Assembly (NCBI GenBank): GCA_026770705.1
Contig: JANJGN010000163.1
Span: forward strand, 496,001-529,304
Length of the DNA stretch: 33,304 nt
Source of the DNA: Isurus oxyrinchus
Taxonomy: Eukaryota
Direction of reading: 5' to 3'
Part shown: piece after piece, positions 11,109 through 23,202 of the stretch
How positions within the stretch are numbered: position 1 is the first letter of the stretch
How the letters are laid out: every line of letters starts with the position of its first letter
Translations under genes and position numbers: made by a program
Notes under the pieces: model-generated
Told to the model about the DNA's origin: nothing
Seen by the model: the letters and a program-made list of their open reading frames with translations, nothing else
Database searches by the model: none

Positions 11109-11789
11109 TCCCCACTCTGTTCTCCTGGGAGCTAAAACCTCTGTAAACTCCAGTAAGTGGTGGTCCTGCAACCACCTGGATATTGGTGACGATCTATGTG
11201 GTTTTTACTGCAACCTTCCCAGTGGATAAAATGTCCCAAAGCCTTTCAGTCTGACCTGAATGACAAGTCCAAACCTACCTCCCACAGCAAATCCTTTCCA
11301 TAATGAAGACCAATAAAAACAAAGAGGCTGGAATAAGCGGCGGATTATACAGGGCAGCCCCCTCCCCCCGGCCTATCGCACCTATTTGAAACTGTTCTGA
11401 GGCTTCATCTCATTCCAGCAGTGCCTAATCTGTGCTTTTCCAATGTTCCCACAGACACTGCGGCTTGTCCCTGCGCTGCTGGTGTTCACAGGGACTCGGA
11501 CATGAAACCAGGAGCCAGTCCTGATAGGGCTGTGAGCTGGTCAGCTCCAAATCTCCATGAAGAATCCATCATTAACCGCTCTCTCTCCTTTACCAAGTTA
11601 CCTCACTGTGAAATGGTAAAATCCAGCTGGCCAATCAAAAATAATATTAACAAATCAAACCAGAATAATAATCACCTTCCAAATGAGATATAAGCTGGCG
11701 CATTAACACTTCAAATAAGAAGCGCAAGTCCTTTCGGGGAGGTTTGTGTGAAGCAAATCTTCATACACAGGCTGGAGGGAAACTAGCAA

Positions 11790-12260
11790 CCTCTCTCTCT
11801 CTCTCTCTACACCCCCCACTCCCCCCACCATCCACTGCCCCCTCCGCACTCACCCCACCCCCCCACTGTCCCCTCCCCACCCCCCACTGCCCCCACTCCC
11901 TCCCCCCTCTGTCCCCCCTCCACCTACTCCCCCCTTCCCTCCACTCCCTCCCGCACTCACCCCATCCCCATTCCCCCCACCACCCCACTCCCCACACTAA
12001 CCCCCCAGCCACTCCCCCCACCCCCCACTGCCCCCAATACCCCCACCCCCCAGTCCCCCCTCCACCTACTCCCCCCTTCCCCGCTCCCCCCAATCCCTCC
12101 TGCACTCGCCCCTCCCCCACTCCGTTCCCCCTTCACCCACTCCCCCCTTCCCCCCACTGCCCCCCCCACTCCCCACTCTAACCCCCCGGCCACTCCCCCC
12201 ACTCCCTCCCCCACTCCCCCCTCCCCACACTCCTCCCTCCCCACACTCCTCCCTCCCACC
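11790..12260. repeat. Expanded C-rich low-complexity tract
   Basis: About 450 bp of C-runs. Confidence 0.9.
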
Positions 12261-12624
12261 AAACAAACCCCGTTCAGACTTGGGGAACATTCAAACATCA
12301 CTGATGTGAGTGATTCAGTGTTTCAGGTGAGGATATGGGTGTGTGGGAAATGGTTTGTGGCCGTGTCGGGTCAACCCTCTGTCCAGCATCACCCGGTGTG
12401 GCTCAAGAGCCCAGACCCTGGCTTCTCCACCTCCGCTGCCGTTTGCGGACAATGAAGGCAGTGGGTGCGGAATGTGAACCATTCACTGTGGCCTCCGTCT
12501 CTCCTCAGTCCCCTCCACAGATGGAGGAACTTTCTGTTTCTGCACACAATGTGGAACCGAGAGGGCAGAGAGAGAGAAAGGAGGGATCCATGGGCGAGGG
12601 ACAAATCCACTGGGGAGAGATGGA

Positions 12625-12812
12625 CTAAGAGAACCCAAACAGTCCCACCTCCACAGGCCAGAGACAACCTGAGCTAAGAGAACCCAAACAGTCCCACCTC
12701 CACAGGCCAGAGCCAACCTGAGCTAAGAGAACCCAAACAGTCCCACCTCCACAGGCCAGAGACAACCTGAGCTAAGAGAACCCAAACAGTCCCATCCCCA
12801 CAGGCCAGAGAC
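12625..12812. repeat. 49-bp tandem repeat, about 3.8 copies
   Basis: Unit ctaagagaacccaaacagtcccacctccacaggccagagacaacctgag starts at 12625, 12674, 12723 and 12772. Confidence 0.95.
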
Positions 12813-12819
12813 CATCGTC

Positions 12820-14050
12820 CTGTTTGCAACGTCCACTCCCTCCAGCTTCAGGTCTGCCTTTGCAAGTGTCTTCGTAACAGAGGTGTGAATGGCCAAGATG
12901 TGGTGACCCAGTGGCCAACTGACTGTGCAGGAGGGGCGTTGAGTGTACAACCACCTCCCCATCCGGTGAACGTGGAGGGGCTTGCCCAGGGTATCCATGG
13001 ATTAGTAATGAGTGTGCGCTGATGGAAGTGGCTGACATGGTGACCTTGCCCCTGGTGAGAGATACTGAGGAGATGCCTGAGAGAGCCTGTCCTCCTGCCT
13101 AGCCCATGGTGCTCAGGTCTCACCGTGTAGATTGGAGCACGCCTGCCAATGCGGCTTTGACAAAGTTCTTGGTAAGGTTGATGTTACCTCACAATATCTT
13201 ACACTGTTTCATCACAGTCAGAGCTTGTGCAGTGTGTGTGCTGGTTTGGACATGAAGTGACAGATTGCTGGTGATTGTGGAGCCTAGGTATGAGGAGCTA
13301 TCAATGGTGGCATGGCAACTTCATAGGCCAGGACTACCTCTGCCGGATGCCTGGCGCTTCCTCAGTAACAGTCTTCTCCCTAGAGTACCACCCAATGTGA
13401 CACCATCTCACCAGCAGCTTATTGCAGTCGGTGATGACCTCCCCCGCCTCTCTTTTGAATTGAGCAGCTTTCTTCACCGAGTGACCTGTTCCCTTTCTGA
13501 TAGCGACATGTATGCCCCTTGCCATTCCCCGTGTGGTAGGACACCTGGGTGTTCTGGCTGAGTTGTAACCAGCAGTCATTCTGGTCAGATCTAGGCTGCA
13601 CCGCCCTGACAACCTCTTGGAACTTGTTTCTGGTGTCTCCCAGTGCATTCAGAGGTTTCTTGCTCGGGTCCCTCTGGGTCACTTGGCTTCAATGACAGGT
13701 TTCCCCGCAGTGTCCACAGTTTCCACCAGTCAGCCGTTTCCTGCTCTAGCGCCCCATGTGTTGAGGGTGTGGATGGTGACTGGGGATCTATTCCATTTCA
13801 CTTGGGCGCTCTGTGTGGGAACGCTGGAGAGAACCAGCTCACTCCAGTTGCAACACCGTGATTCTTGTTTTAAGAAATCTGGGTGGGCAGCTATGGTTGG
13901 CGGTGATATGAAGGGGAGTTTCTGCTTCGAATGAAAAAGCTAGCAGGGTAACATCCTCAATGTAGTACACACCATGCAGTGATGTGTAGCACATTCTGCA
14001 CTGTGGCTTCTACGTCTGCTGAGAATAATGTTCAATAATCTTTCTATCAG
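12820..14050 (-). mobile_element. Decayed, internally deleted RTE-clade LINE
   Basis: Minus-strand peptides RRSHSAECATHHCMVC (cf. endonuclease end RSYHSADCDTDHSLVC), RDPSKKPLNAL..NDCWLQL, AGEVITDCNKLLVRW, LHVHRMG and LLHSQLATGS..HLCYEDTCK (RTE C-terminus). No RT core was seen. Confidence 0.75.
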
Positions 14051-14111
14051 AACTGCTGAGAAGTTGCTGCTATCGGTGTACGCTATACAGACCTCTACAT
14101 GCAGAGGATGA

Positions 14112-15590
14112 ATGTCAGCTCCCAGGCACTCCTTCCTAGCTCCTCTGAACCATGACCCCACCACGGAGCATCAAGCCATTGCTTTCAGCACTGCTGCTGA
14201 CTTTAGTTCCATTGGAGGCCTTTCCTCCACAGCTTTGCAACTCATAGTTGGCCAATGCCCAACAGCTCACTTCCATCTCCTTTCTATAATCCACAAACAG
14301 GACTCCCCTGGTAGCCCCATCTTCAGCCTGCTCCTGCAGAACTGAACTTACTGCTTCCTATATTCACTCAATCTTTTCTCCACTTGTCCAGCCTCTCCCC
14401 ACCCACATCCGTGCCTCTTGTGATGGCCCCTATGTGACTTGAACAATACGAAGGTCTTCAAGGCCACCTGTCCACTGTGGGCATCCAATACCTCTACACC
14501 TCAATATCCTACCAGAATGGTCAGAGTGCTCTCTGATTCTCCCTTGGACAGCGACTCAATCTCTCCGCTTTCAACAGCGCTGGCCCAAGACGTTCCTTTG
14601 AATATGAAATCGAGTGGGTTGGGAAGTGGGGAGAATGGAAATCAGAGGTCGTGGTTTTTGGAGAGAGGGAAAGGATTGAGATCAGAACCTTGGCTGAACT
14701 TGTTCTGGAATTGAGCATTGCCTCCATTAGTACATCTCACTTCCTCGAAATAAAAGGTGTTGTTATGGTAAATCCCAATTATACCTGTCTCTTTGTGGGT
14801 TATGTGGGACGTTCCCTTTTCCAGCCCTACTCTGCCTCCTACCTAGGCTGTTACACCCCACCCCCCCCACGAAGTACACGTCGATGGTGTTTCCTGCCCT
14901 CATGCAGAACCAGAATCCTTCATCAGCTTTCCTTCCAGTTTCCAGCCCTCCATCGACTTCACTTTCCACAATTCACTTCACTTCCTCACCTTCTATGCCT
15001 CCATTTCGGGGGGATAGTCAACCTACTAATAATCACCAAGGGCCCGCACACTTCCACATCTTCACTGACTGTGGCTGCACTTCCTCACACACATCCTACT
15101 GTAAGGACTCCAATCGATTCTCCCCTTTCCTGTCTCGCTTGCATCATTTCCGACTCTGCAACCTTCCACAACATTGCTTCACATATGTCTTCCTTTTCCT
15201 CAACCGAGGATCGCTCCTGACTCACTGCATTTGAGGAGGCTCTCACTCATGCCTGACCCATTTCACACACATGTACTCTTAATCCTTTCCCTCTCTCCCC
15301 GAGAACTGTGGCCAGATTTCTGTCCTCCTCACTCCCCAACCCATTAGAATTCACATTCAAGTCAACACCTTGACCCATTTCAACCAGCCTCAGCACAGCC
15401 CTTAAGCCGAACACAACTTGACCTCCGCTTCTCTATCAGCGTTCACTCTGCAGCACCCTGGCCGACTCCTCTAACTCCTGTGGCACCCTGTCCCCTTCCA
15501 AAGGCAACTGGCCCAGCCTCAGCACCAGGCCTTTCACCGCACCTCAGGCTCAGCTCTGAATTCAACAGCTGCAGATTATGAAACCCCCAC
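14112..15590 (+). mobile_element. Old, highly decayed Penelope-like element
   Basis: LNHDPTTEHQAI, HFHLLSIIHKQDSPGSPI, LAELVLE..HFLEIKGVVM..YTCLFVGYV and SSHTSYCKDS match the younger copies across many frameshifts. Confidence 0.8.
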
Positions 15591-16023
15591 CCCCACCATT
15601 TCGTCCTCTTGTTTCTGTTGCCTCGTGCCAGTTCGGATCTTTGTTTTCATGTTATTTGTTTGCTTTTTAGGCTGGAGGTTTTCATTATTTTGTCATTAAA
15701 ACTCAGCCAGGAGCATGGCTGCAACCACTGTCCCTGCCCTTGGCTCCTCTTGCATTGCTCCTTAGTTATTTGGGATCTCTTGTCTTGTATCTTTTGTCTG
15801 TACTCTCCTTTTGCCTCTTCAACAGCGTATGCCCCACACCATTTCTACGTTGCTTCGATTCTGGAAGATCTGCTTCACGTGGCAGTCGGAAGACAGTGTA
15901 GGGTTCACTCAGTACATTGGAGAGTGCAGCATCTCCACATTATAGATTCACGGAATACAGCGGAACCTCAGTATGAACTCTGCAACATTGGAAAACCCCT
16001 TCGATGCTGACCATTTCATCACA

Positions 16024-16320
16024 CAGCACTGTCTCAGTGCTGAGCCTCTGACAGTGCAGCACTCCCTCAGTGCTGACCCTCCGACAGTGCAGCACTCCCT
16101 CAGTGCTGACACTCTGACAGTGCAGCACTCCCTCAGTGCAGACCCTCTGACAGTGCAGCACTCCCTCAGTACTGACCCTCTGACAGTGCAGCACTCCCTC
16201 AGTACTGACCCTCTGACAGTGCAGCACTCCCTCAGTGCTGACCCTCTGACAGTGCAGCACTCCCTCAGTGCTGACCCTCTGACAGTGCGGCACTCCCTCA
16301 GTACTGCCCCTCTGACAGTG
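16024..16320. repeat. 33-bp minisatellite, 9 copies
   Basis: Unit cagcactccctcagtgctgaccctctgacagtg, head-to-tail with no spacers. Confidence 0.95.
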
Positions 16321-16575
16321 CATGTAATGTCCTGCACCTTGCCAGACAACGCCATGTGATTATCATTCTGCTATCCACAGAAAGGAAAAGGGGTGGCTGT
16401 TTGTCTCGGGTAAGAAACGGGCCAGTAAACACCTTGTGGGTGTTGCTGAAATGTTGTCGTCTCCACACCCCCAAACCCGAGAGGAGTGACAGCGGATTTG
16501 GAGCTGCAGTGTGTCTGTCTGAGAGCTGGGATGGAGCAGAAGGATTGACCCAGGGTGGTTCATGATTCCAGCACC

Positions 16576-17333
16576 ATGCTGCACAGTGCTTTCCTGTACC
16601 TCATGTTTCTGCTGCTCCCAGGTTACTTTTCATCCTTTGTAGGCCAACCCTGGCCGCTCTAAACCTGCTTTTGGGGGGAAACTTCAATTCTTGGAGCATT
16701 AGAAGCTGCAGAAAGGCTTCGGTCAGTGAAGAGATTGAGCAGGTTCCTTACTGACTGAAGCAGTGAGTGGCTGTGGTCTGGAGAATACATTGCATGAGAG
16801 GCTGGGGAAGCAGCTGCAACTTGTGTCCCACACAAGGGACGGGGTAAATTTCCAAATGGGGTAATATTGCTCGGGCTGACGGTAAAGGGCACGGGAGTGG
16901 GGGTTTAATTGGAAATGGCCTCGCCAGAGATGGGCAGGCACGGTTCCCCAATCCAATTCTTCGGATTCTAGTGTTTTAAAATGTACAGAACCGGCCCCAT
17001 CACCAGAAAGTTGATGTTTGACCCTATGTGTCTGTGGTTTGTTTTTTAATGTAATAAAAGTGTTTCTCTGTAGCTGTCTGCAGGAGCGCTCTCATTACCC
17101 AGTGGCCCTAGAGATTGTCCGTGGGAAAAGGGGAGATGGTGGAGATGGGCTGTTACCAGAACGACAGCAGTGACAGCTCCATGTCCTGGTACCGTCAGCA
17201 CCCCGGGGCAGGGCTGCAGCTCATGGTCACCTCGGTGGGTACCTCAGAGCCCAGGCCTGAAGAGGGGTTCAAGGAGAGGTTTAATGTCACCAGACCCGAG
17301 GTTAAGTCGTGCAGCCTGAAAATACTGAACGTG
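16576..17333 (+). pseudogene. V segment B3, 3'-truncated (leader 16576-16621, exon from 17074)
   Basis: V homology stops at ..SLKILNV. There is no second conserved Cys (YYC) and no RSS. A stop codon follows at 17346-17348. Confidence 0.9.
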
Positions 17334-18574
17334 TCACCAGATCATTGATGAAGGGTGTCCGATTTCCCACAAGATTGTGACTGGCTAGAACAATGTCTCA
17401 GCTTCTCAACAGTTCGGAACCCCAAACTCAGCACCTCCCAGAGCGGAGGGAATTAGCTCGAGTGAAAGATGAAGGTTAACACGGGGACAGTGTTCAGTTC
17501 AAACTGCTTCATATCCCTTCTCAGTAATTCCATTCCCTCAAAGCGACAGGGAAATAATGTTCCATTCAAATCTCTTCTCAAAGTTCCCGCTGAATCTGCT
17601 TCCTGTAACCTCTTAATAACACAATCAGTTAGAATTAAAAATCACCTGAATCTCCCCTGTCGGCCGTTTATGAATCCACTTTAATCGGCGACCCCCGTTC
17701 CCTTAGATTATTGTCAAGGGGAAACGCTTCAGTCCCAAATCTAACCATGGCCCTAATGTGGAACATATCTATCAGATCGGCCCTCAGCTTGATCTGGCTG
17801 AATAATGGCTGTCCGTGTTTCCTCGCTGCTACTTATACTGTCGGGTAAGAGCAATAGCTTGTTATGGGACGTCAAAGTCAGTTCCCTGTGCAGAGAGCCT
17901 GAGCTGCCGAGTGGAGACATTAGACCAACTCGAGAGGATTGGACAGGGTTTCCACATGAACTATCTCTCCACAGGCCACATGCGGCCAACTGGTTCCAAT
18001 CTTTGCAACCAATCATCTGTAACACAATGCACATTGCCAGGCAGCCTGACCACCTGTATTGTTAACCCCACCCAGTGACCAGGCAGGAAAGAGTCATCTG
18101 CCTTGTTTGGAGGGACAATGGGGGAGGGGGTTTTCTCTGGACCTCCATGATATGCAGCCACTTCCACAGCCAAGCGAAAGGCGGGGCGACATTCAACAAC
18201 CGAGGCAGGACCTTCCTAGGGCGCTTTGACTGGAACATTCCTTCCCAGTTAGGAACGGGCTATAATTGCTGGGCTGGGCCAGTGAAGGCCACATCCCGGG
18301 AACAAATAAGGAAACAAAAGCCCCTGAGTAAATTCCGGCCATGGATCCAATTTCCACATGGCAGTCAGAGCTGGATATTCATCCTTCTCACCTGGCCGGC
18401 TACGGAAGGGCCACCTGCTGTGCTTTGGTCAGCAAGGACCTGTCCTGTTGAGGGAGCTTCCAATGACATCACTTCCGCACGCAGCCATATCACGAGGCGC
18501 AGCGGCAGTATAACTCCAGTCTGTGAAAGCGGGCGAAGCTGCGAGTTTGAGAGAGCGTGTGAAAGTCCCGCATC

Positions 18575-19504
18575 ATGGGCTGGACAGTGAATCTCTCTCC
18601 ACTGTTGCTGCTGCTGCTACCAGGTTACAATGAATATTTGTAAGGGGGAATGGGCTCCCTGTTGCTGAAGCGACAATTCATTCAGTTGGATCATTTGTAG
18701 AATTGGATATTGTTGAGCTCGGTGTTGCCAGTCATAGTGCGGAAGTTGCATTCTGCCAAAGTAACTGGGAACAATAGACGGGCGGGGAATATCTGCTGGA
18801 CAAAGGGTTGAGGGAAAGGGGATAGGACTACATACAAATGCAAAGCCCCTTGGCAGCCGAGCTGGGGAGGTGAGCAGCCTCACTGAGCAGGAAGAGTCCG
18901 TCTCACTGGAGAGTTAAAGTGTGTGGGGCGCGGCGAACGCGGCAGAGTTAGCGGTGTGGGGTATGGGAAGTTGCTGGGCAGGAGTATTGCACACAAATCT
19001 GCACCCAGGACAAGTATCTCCAGAGAGCGCCGCTACCACTGAGCTGGGGCGACACTGGGCACCCAGACATTATGGTTCTGTTTCTGGGTGAAGGGAGCTG
19101 AGCGACCGAGAGCTGCGCTGTGAGATTCGACAATAGCTTTCTCCACATCCTGATGGTGCCAGTTCATTTCTGATCCGCTCTGTCTCTCACCTCCCTCCTC
19201 AGCCTCCTGCAGGAGCGCCCTGGTTTCCCAGTGGCCGAGCCGTCTGTCCGTTAGAGAGGGGGACACGGTGGAGATGGGCTGTTACCAGAACGATACCAGC
19301 GATAGCTCCATGTACTGGTATCGGCAGCACCCCGGAGCAGGGCTGCAGCTCATGGTCACCTCGGTTACCGGTTCGAAGCCTACCTATGAAGATGGTTTCA
19401 AGAAGAGGTTTAATGTCACCAGACCCGACCGTAAGTTGTGCAGCCTGAAAATACTGAGCGTGGAGCTGACTGACACTGCGGTTTATTACTGCGCTGCGAG
19501 TGAA
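18575..19504 (+). CDS. TRBV: TCR beta-like V segment A3 (leader 18575-18623, V exon 19203-19504), apparently intact
   Basis: Type-A structure. Divergent CDR2 VTSVTGSKPTYEDG, FR3 TRPDRKLC, ends YYCAASE. Confidence 0.9.
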
Positions 19505-19543
19505 CACAGCGACTCAAACTGCTGCCGGGCTGGGTCTAAAACC
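19505..19543 (+). other. 23-RSS of A3
   Basis: CACAGCG + 23 bp + TCTAAAACC. Confidence 0.9.
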
Positions 19544-19545
19544 TT

Positions 19546-20402
19546 TAAATTAACCCTTTAAAGCGCATCACTCACCAAACTCCAACTAAAGCACTCTAAT
19601 GCAACCCAAAGCTGCACTCCTACACTGACCAGTGTCCTGTGTTCCAAAAGAAAACTTACGATCGCATTAAGCAATCCTTGCCAACACTGCCTGAGTGACA
19701 ATTCAAAATTGACAGCATCGCTTCAATACTTTTCAACGCAGTAGAAATATCCTGGGGTGAATCGTGGACTCTTACAGGACAGAATATTCATTTTTTGCCA
19801 TCGTGCCTCCAAGTAGCTGCTTGTCTTTCTGAGAGAAGATAGAAAATCAAAGGATCATCTTCCCTCTTCGCTGAACTACCACACTCACCAAACTCAAACT
19901 GATGCCCTCTAATGCAGCCTAAAGCCACATCCAGTATAGACCAGCAAGCACAGCAGAAATCTTGCTTTTGTGCTGACGGAATCCAGCTTCTGAAAACCTG
20001 TTGATGCAGCTTATCGAATTAACTATCTGCAGCTGCAAGCACAGCCTGTAGAACTGCTGTTTAAAACTGGGCTAAAACTCAACTACTCCCAACACAAAGA
20101 GCAAATTTTACTTCGTAGCTAAATTCAAGAAATATTTTAGATTAAAAAAATAACCTCTAAATTAAACCTTAAAAGCCCTTCACTCACCAAACTCCAACTT
20201 AAGCACTCTAATGCAACCCAAAGCTGCACTCCTACACTGACCAGTGTCTTGTTTTCCAAAAGAAAACTTAGGATTGCATTAAGCAATCCTTGCCAACACT
20301 GCCTGAGTGACAATTCAAAATTGACAGCATCGCTTCAATACTTTTCAACGCAGTAGAAATATCCTGGGGTGAATCGTGGACTCTTACAGGACAGAGTATT
20401 CA
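19546..20402 (+). repeat. Direct repeats of about 245 bp (19546-19790 and 20158-20402), offset 612 bp
   Basis: taaattaa..cactcaccaaactccaact..ggactcttacaggacaga occurs twice here but once downstream of A1, A2 and A4. Confidence 0.85.
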
Positions 20403-21217
20403 TTTATTTCTATTGTGCCTCTTTGAATCGGCTCCATACTTCATTTCGCTACTTATTTCCTCAAAGCACCTCCGATAAATCTTGTTCCAAGACATTGACA
20501 AATATCTCCTCAAAGTTCCCATTCAATCTGCTTCCTGCATCATTTCAGACAATACAATCCAACTAATAATAGCTTCAATGAGATATAAGTACCATCCTTT
20601 TAATCTCCCCTGTTGTACGTTTGTGAATCACCTTTAGGGTTGTGCCCTCTGTTCCCCAAATACTATCAAAGTGACCTGCTTCCCCTTATTTACTCCATCC
20701 AAACCGGACATCATTGTGAACAGACACATCCCGTCTATTCTAAGCATTCTCTGGCCAATGATGTCCGGCCCCTTTCCTTCACTGCTGCTGGGACTGGTCT
20801 ATGAAGGAAATAACTGGGAACAGTGCTAATGGAGTCCTCCTGAGATGCCGAGTGGAGAAATGAGGGGAGTTCCAACAGGTTTAACAATCGCCTCAGGTGA
20901 GATATCTCTCCCTACGCTTCACATAGGCAATCGGTACGAATCTTAATACACAGCCCCCATCAGATGCAATGTCCTGCACCGTGCCAGACAACGCCATGTA
21001 CTTATCATTCTGCTATCCACAGACAGGAAAAGGGTTGGCTGTTTGTCTCGGGTAAGAAACGGGCCAGGAAACACCTTGTGGGTGTTGCTGAAATGTTGTC
21101 GTCTCCACACCCCCAAACCCGAGAGGAGTGACAGCGGATTTGGAGCTGCAGTGTGTCTGTCTGAGAGCTGGGATGGAGCAGAAGGATTGACCCAGGGTGG
21201 TTCATGATTCCAGCATC

Positions 21218-21961
21218 ATGCTGCACAGTGCTTTCCTGTACCTCATGTTTCTGCTGCTCCCAGGTTACTTTTCATCCTTTGTAGGCCAACCCTGGCCGCT
21301 CTAAACCTGCTTTTGGGGGGAAGCTTCAATTCTTGGAGCATTAGAAGCTGCAGAAAGGCTTCGGTCAGTGAAGAGATTGAGCAGGTTCCTTACTGACTGA
21401 AGCAGTGAGTGGCTGTGGTCTGGAGAATACATTGCATGAGAGGCTGGGGAAGCAGCTGCAACTTGTGCCCCACTCAAGGGACGGGGTAAATTTCCAAATG
21501 GGGTAATATTGCTCGGGCTGACGGTAAAGGGCACGGGAGTGGGGGTTTAATTGGAAATGGCCTCGCCAGAGATGGGCAGGCACAGTCCCCAATCCAATTC
21601 TTCAGATTCTAGTGGTTTAACATGTACAGAACCGGCCCCATCACCAGAAAGTTGATGTTTGACCCTATGTGTCTGTGGTTTGTTTTTTAATGTAATAAAA
21701 GTGTTTCTCTGTAGCTGTCTGCAGGAGCGCTCTCATTACCCAGTGGCCCAAGAGATTGTCCGTGGGAAAAGGGGAGATGGTGGAGATGGGCTGTTACCAG
21801 AACGACAGCAGTGACAGCTCCATGTACTGGTACCGTCAGCACCCCGGGGCAGGGCTGCAGCTCATGGTACCTCAGAGCCCAGGCCTGAAGAGGGGTTCAA
21901 GGAGAGGTTTGAAGTGACGAGACACAACACCAAGTGGTGCAGCCTGAAAATACTGAACGTG
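21218..21961 (+). pseudogene. V segment B4, frameshifted and 3'-truncated (leader 21218-21263, exon from 21715)
   Basis: 13-bp deletion at 21868/21869 (atggt|acctca). Same truncation junction as B3. No RSS. Confidence 0.9.
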
Positions 21962-23202
21962 TCACCAGATCATTGATGAAGGGTGTCCGATTTCCCACAA
22001 GATTGTGACTGGCTAGAACAATGTCTCAGCTTCTCAACAGTTCGGAACCCCAAACTCAGCACCTCCCAGAGCGGAGGGAATTAGCTCGAGTGAAAGATGA
22101 AGGTTAACACGGGGACAGTGTTCAGTTCAAACTGCTTCATATCCCTTCTCAGTAATTCCATTCCCTCAAAGCGACAGGGAAATAATGTTCCATTCAAATC
22201 TCTTCTCAAAGTTCCCGCTGTATCTGCTTCCTGTAACCTCTTAATAACACAATCAGTTAGAATTAAAAATCACCTGAATCTCCCCTGTCGGCCGTTTATG
22301 AATCCACTTTAATCGGCGACCCCCGTTCCCTTAGATTATTGTCAAGGGGAAACGCTTCAGCCCCAAATCTAACCATGGCCCTAATGTGGAACATATCTAT
22401 CAGATCGGCACTCAGCTTGATCTGGCTGAATAATGGCTGTCCGTGTTTCCTCGCTGCTACTTATACTGTCGGGTAAGAGCAATAGCTTGTTATGGGACGT
22501 CAAAGTCAGTTCCCTGTGCAGAGAGCCTGAGCTGCCGAGTGGAGACATTAGAACAACTCGAGAGGATTGGACAGGGTTTCCACATGAACTATCTCTCCAC
22601 AGGCCACATGCGGCCAACTGGTTCCAATCTTTGCAACCAATCATCTGTAACACAATGCACATTGCCAGGCAGCCTGACCACCTGTATTGTTAACCCCACC
22701 CAGTGACCAGGCAGGAAAGAGTCATCTGCCTTGTTTGGAGGGACAATGGGGGAGGGGGTTTTCTCTGGACCTCCATGATATGCAGCCACTTCCACAGCCA
22801 AGCGAAAGGCGGGGCGACATTCAACAACCGAGGCAGGACCTTCCTAGGGCGCTTTGACTGGAACATTCCTTCCCAGTTAGGAACGGGCTATAATTGCTGG
22901 GCTGGGCCAGTGAAGGCCACATCCCGGGAACAAATAAGGAAACAAAAGCCCCTGAGTAAATTCCGGCCATGGATCCAATTTCCACATGGCAGTCAGAGCT
23001 GGATATTCATCCTTCTCACCTGGCCGGCTACGGAAGGGCCACCTGCTGTGCTTTGGTCAGCAAGGACCTGTCCTGTTGAGTGAGCTTCCAATGACATCAC
23101 TTCCGCACGCAGCCATATCACGAGGCGCAGCGGCAGTATAACTCCAGTCTGTGAAAGCGGGCGAAGCTGCGAGTTTGAGAGAGCGTGTGAAAGTCCCGCA
23201 TC

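Larger units (their letters stand above)
1..11800 (+). repeat. Segmental tandem duplication with 7140-bp period (1-4660 matches 7141-11800)
   Basis: Near-identical sequence and ORF track at offset 7140. Confidence 0.95.

Noticed and set aside
11744-12301. Pro-rich and Gly-rich ORFs
   Set aside because: Translations of a low-complexity C-rich tract.
12625-12812. 49-bp array as CRISPR or coding repeat
   Set aside because: Contiguous near-identical units without spacers; an ordinary minisatellite.
13334-13720. Possible gag zinc knuckle or Gypsy element
   Set aside because: Surrounding peptides fit RTE LINE ORF2 better.
16024-16320. 33-bp palindromic repeat array resembling CRISPR
   Set aside because: No unique spacers, no cas genes, vertebrate context. 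The ORFs across it are repeat artefacts.
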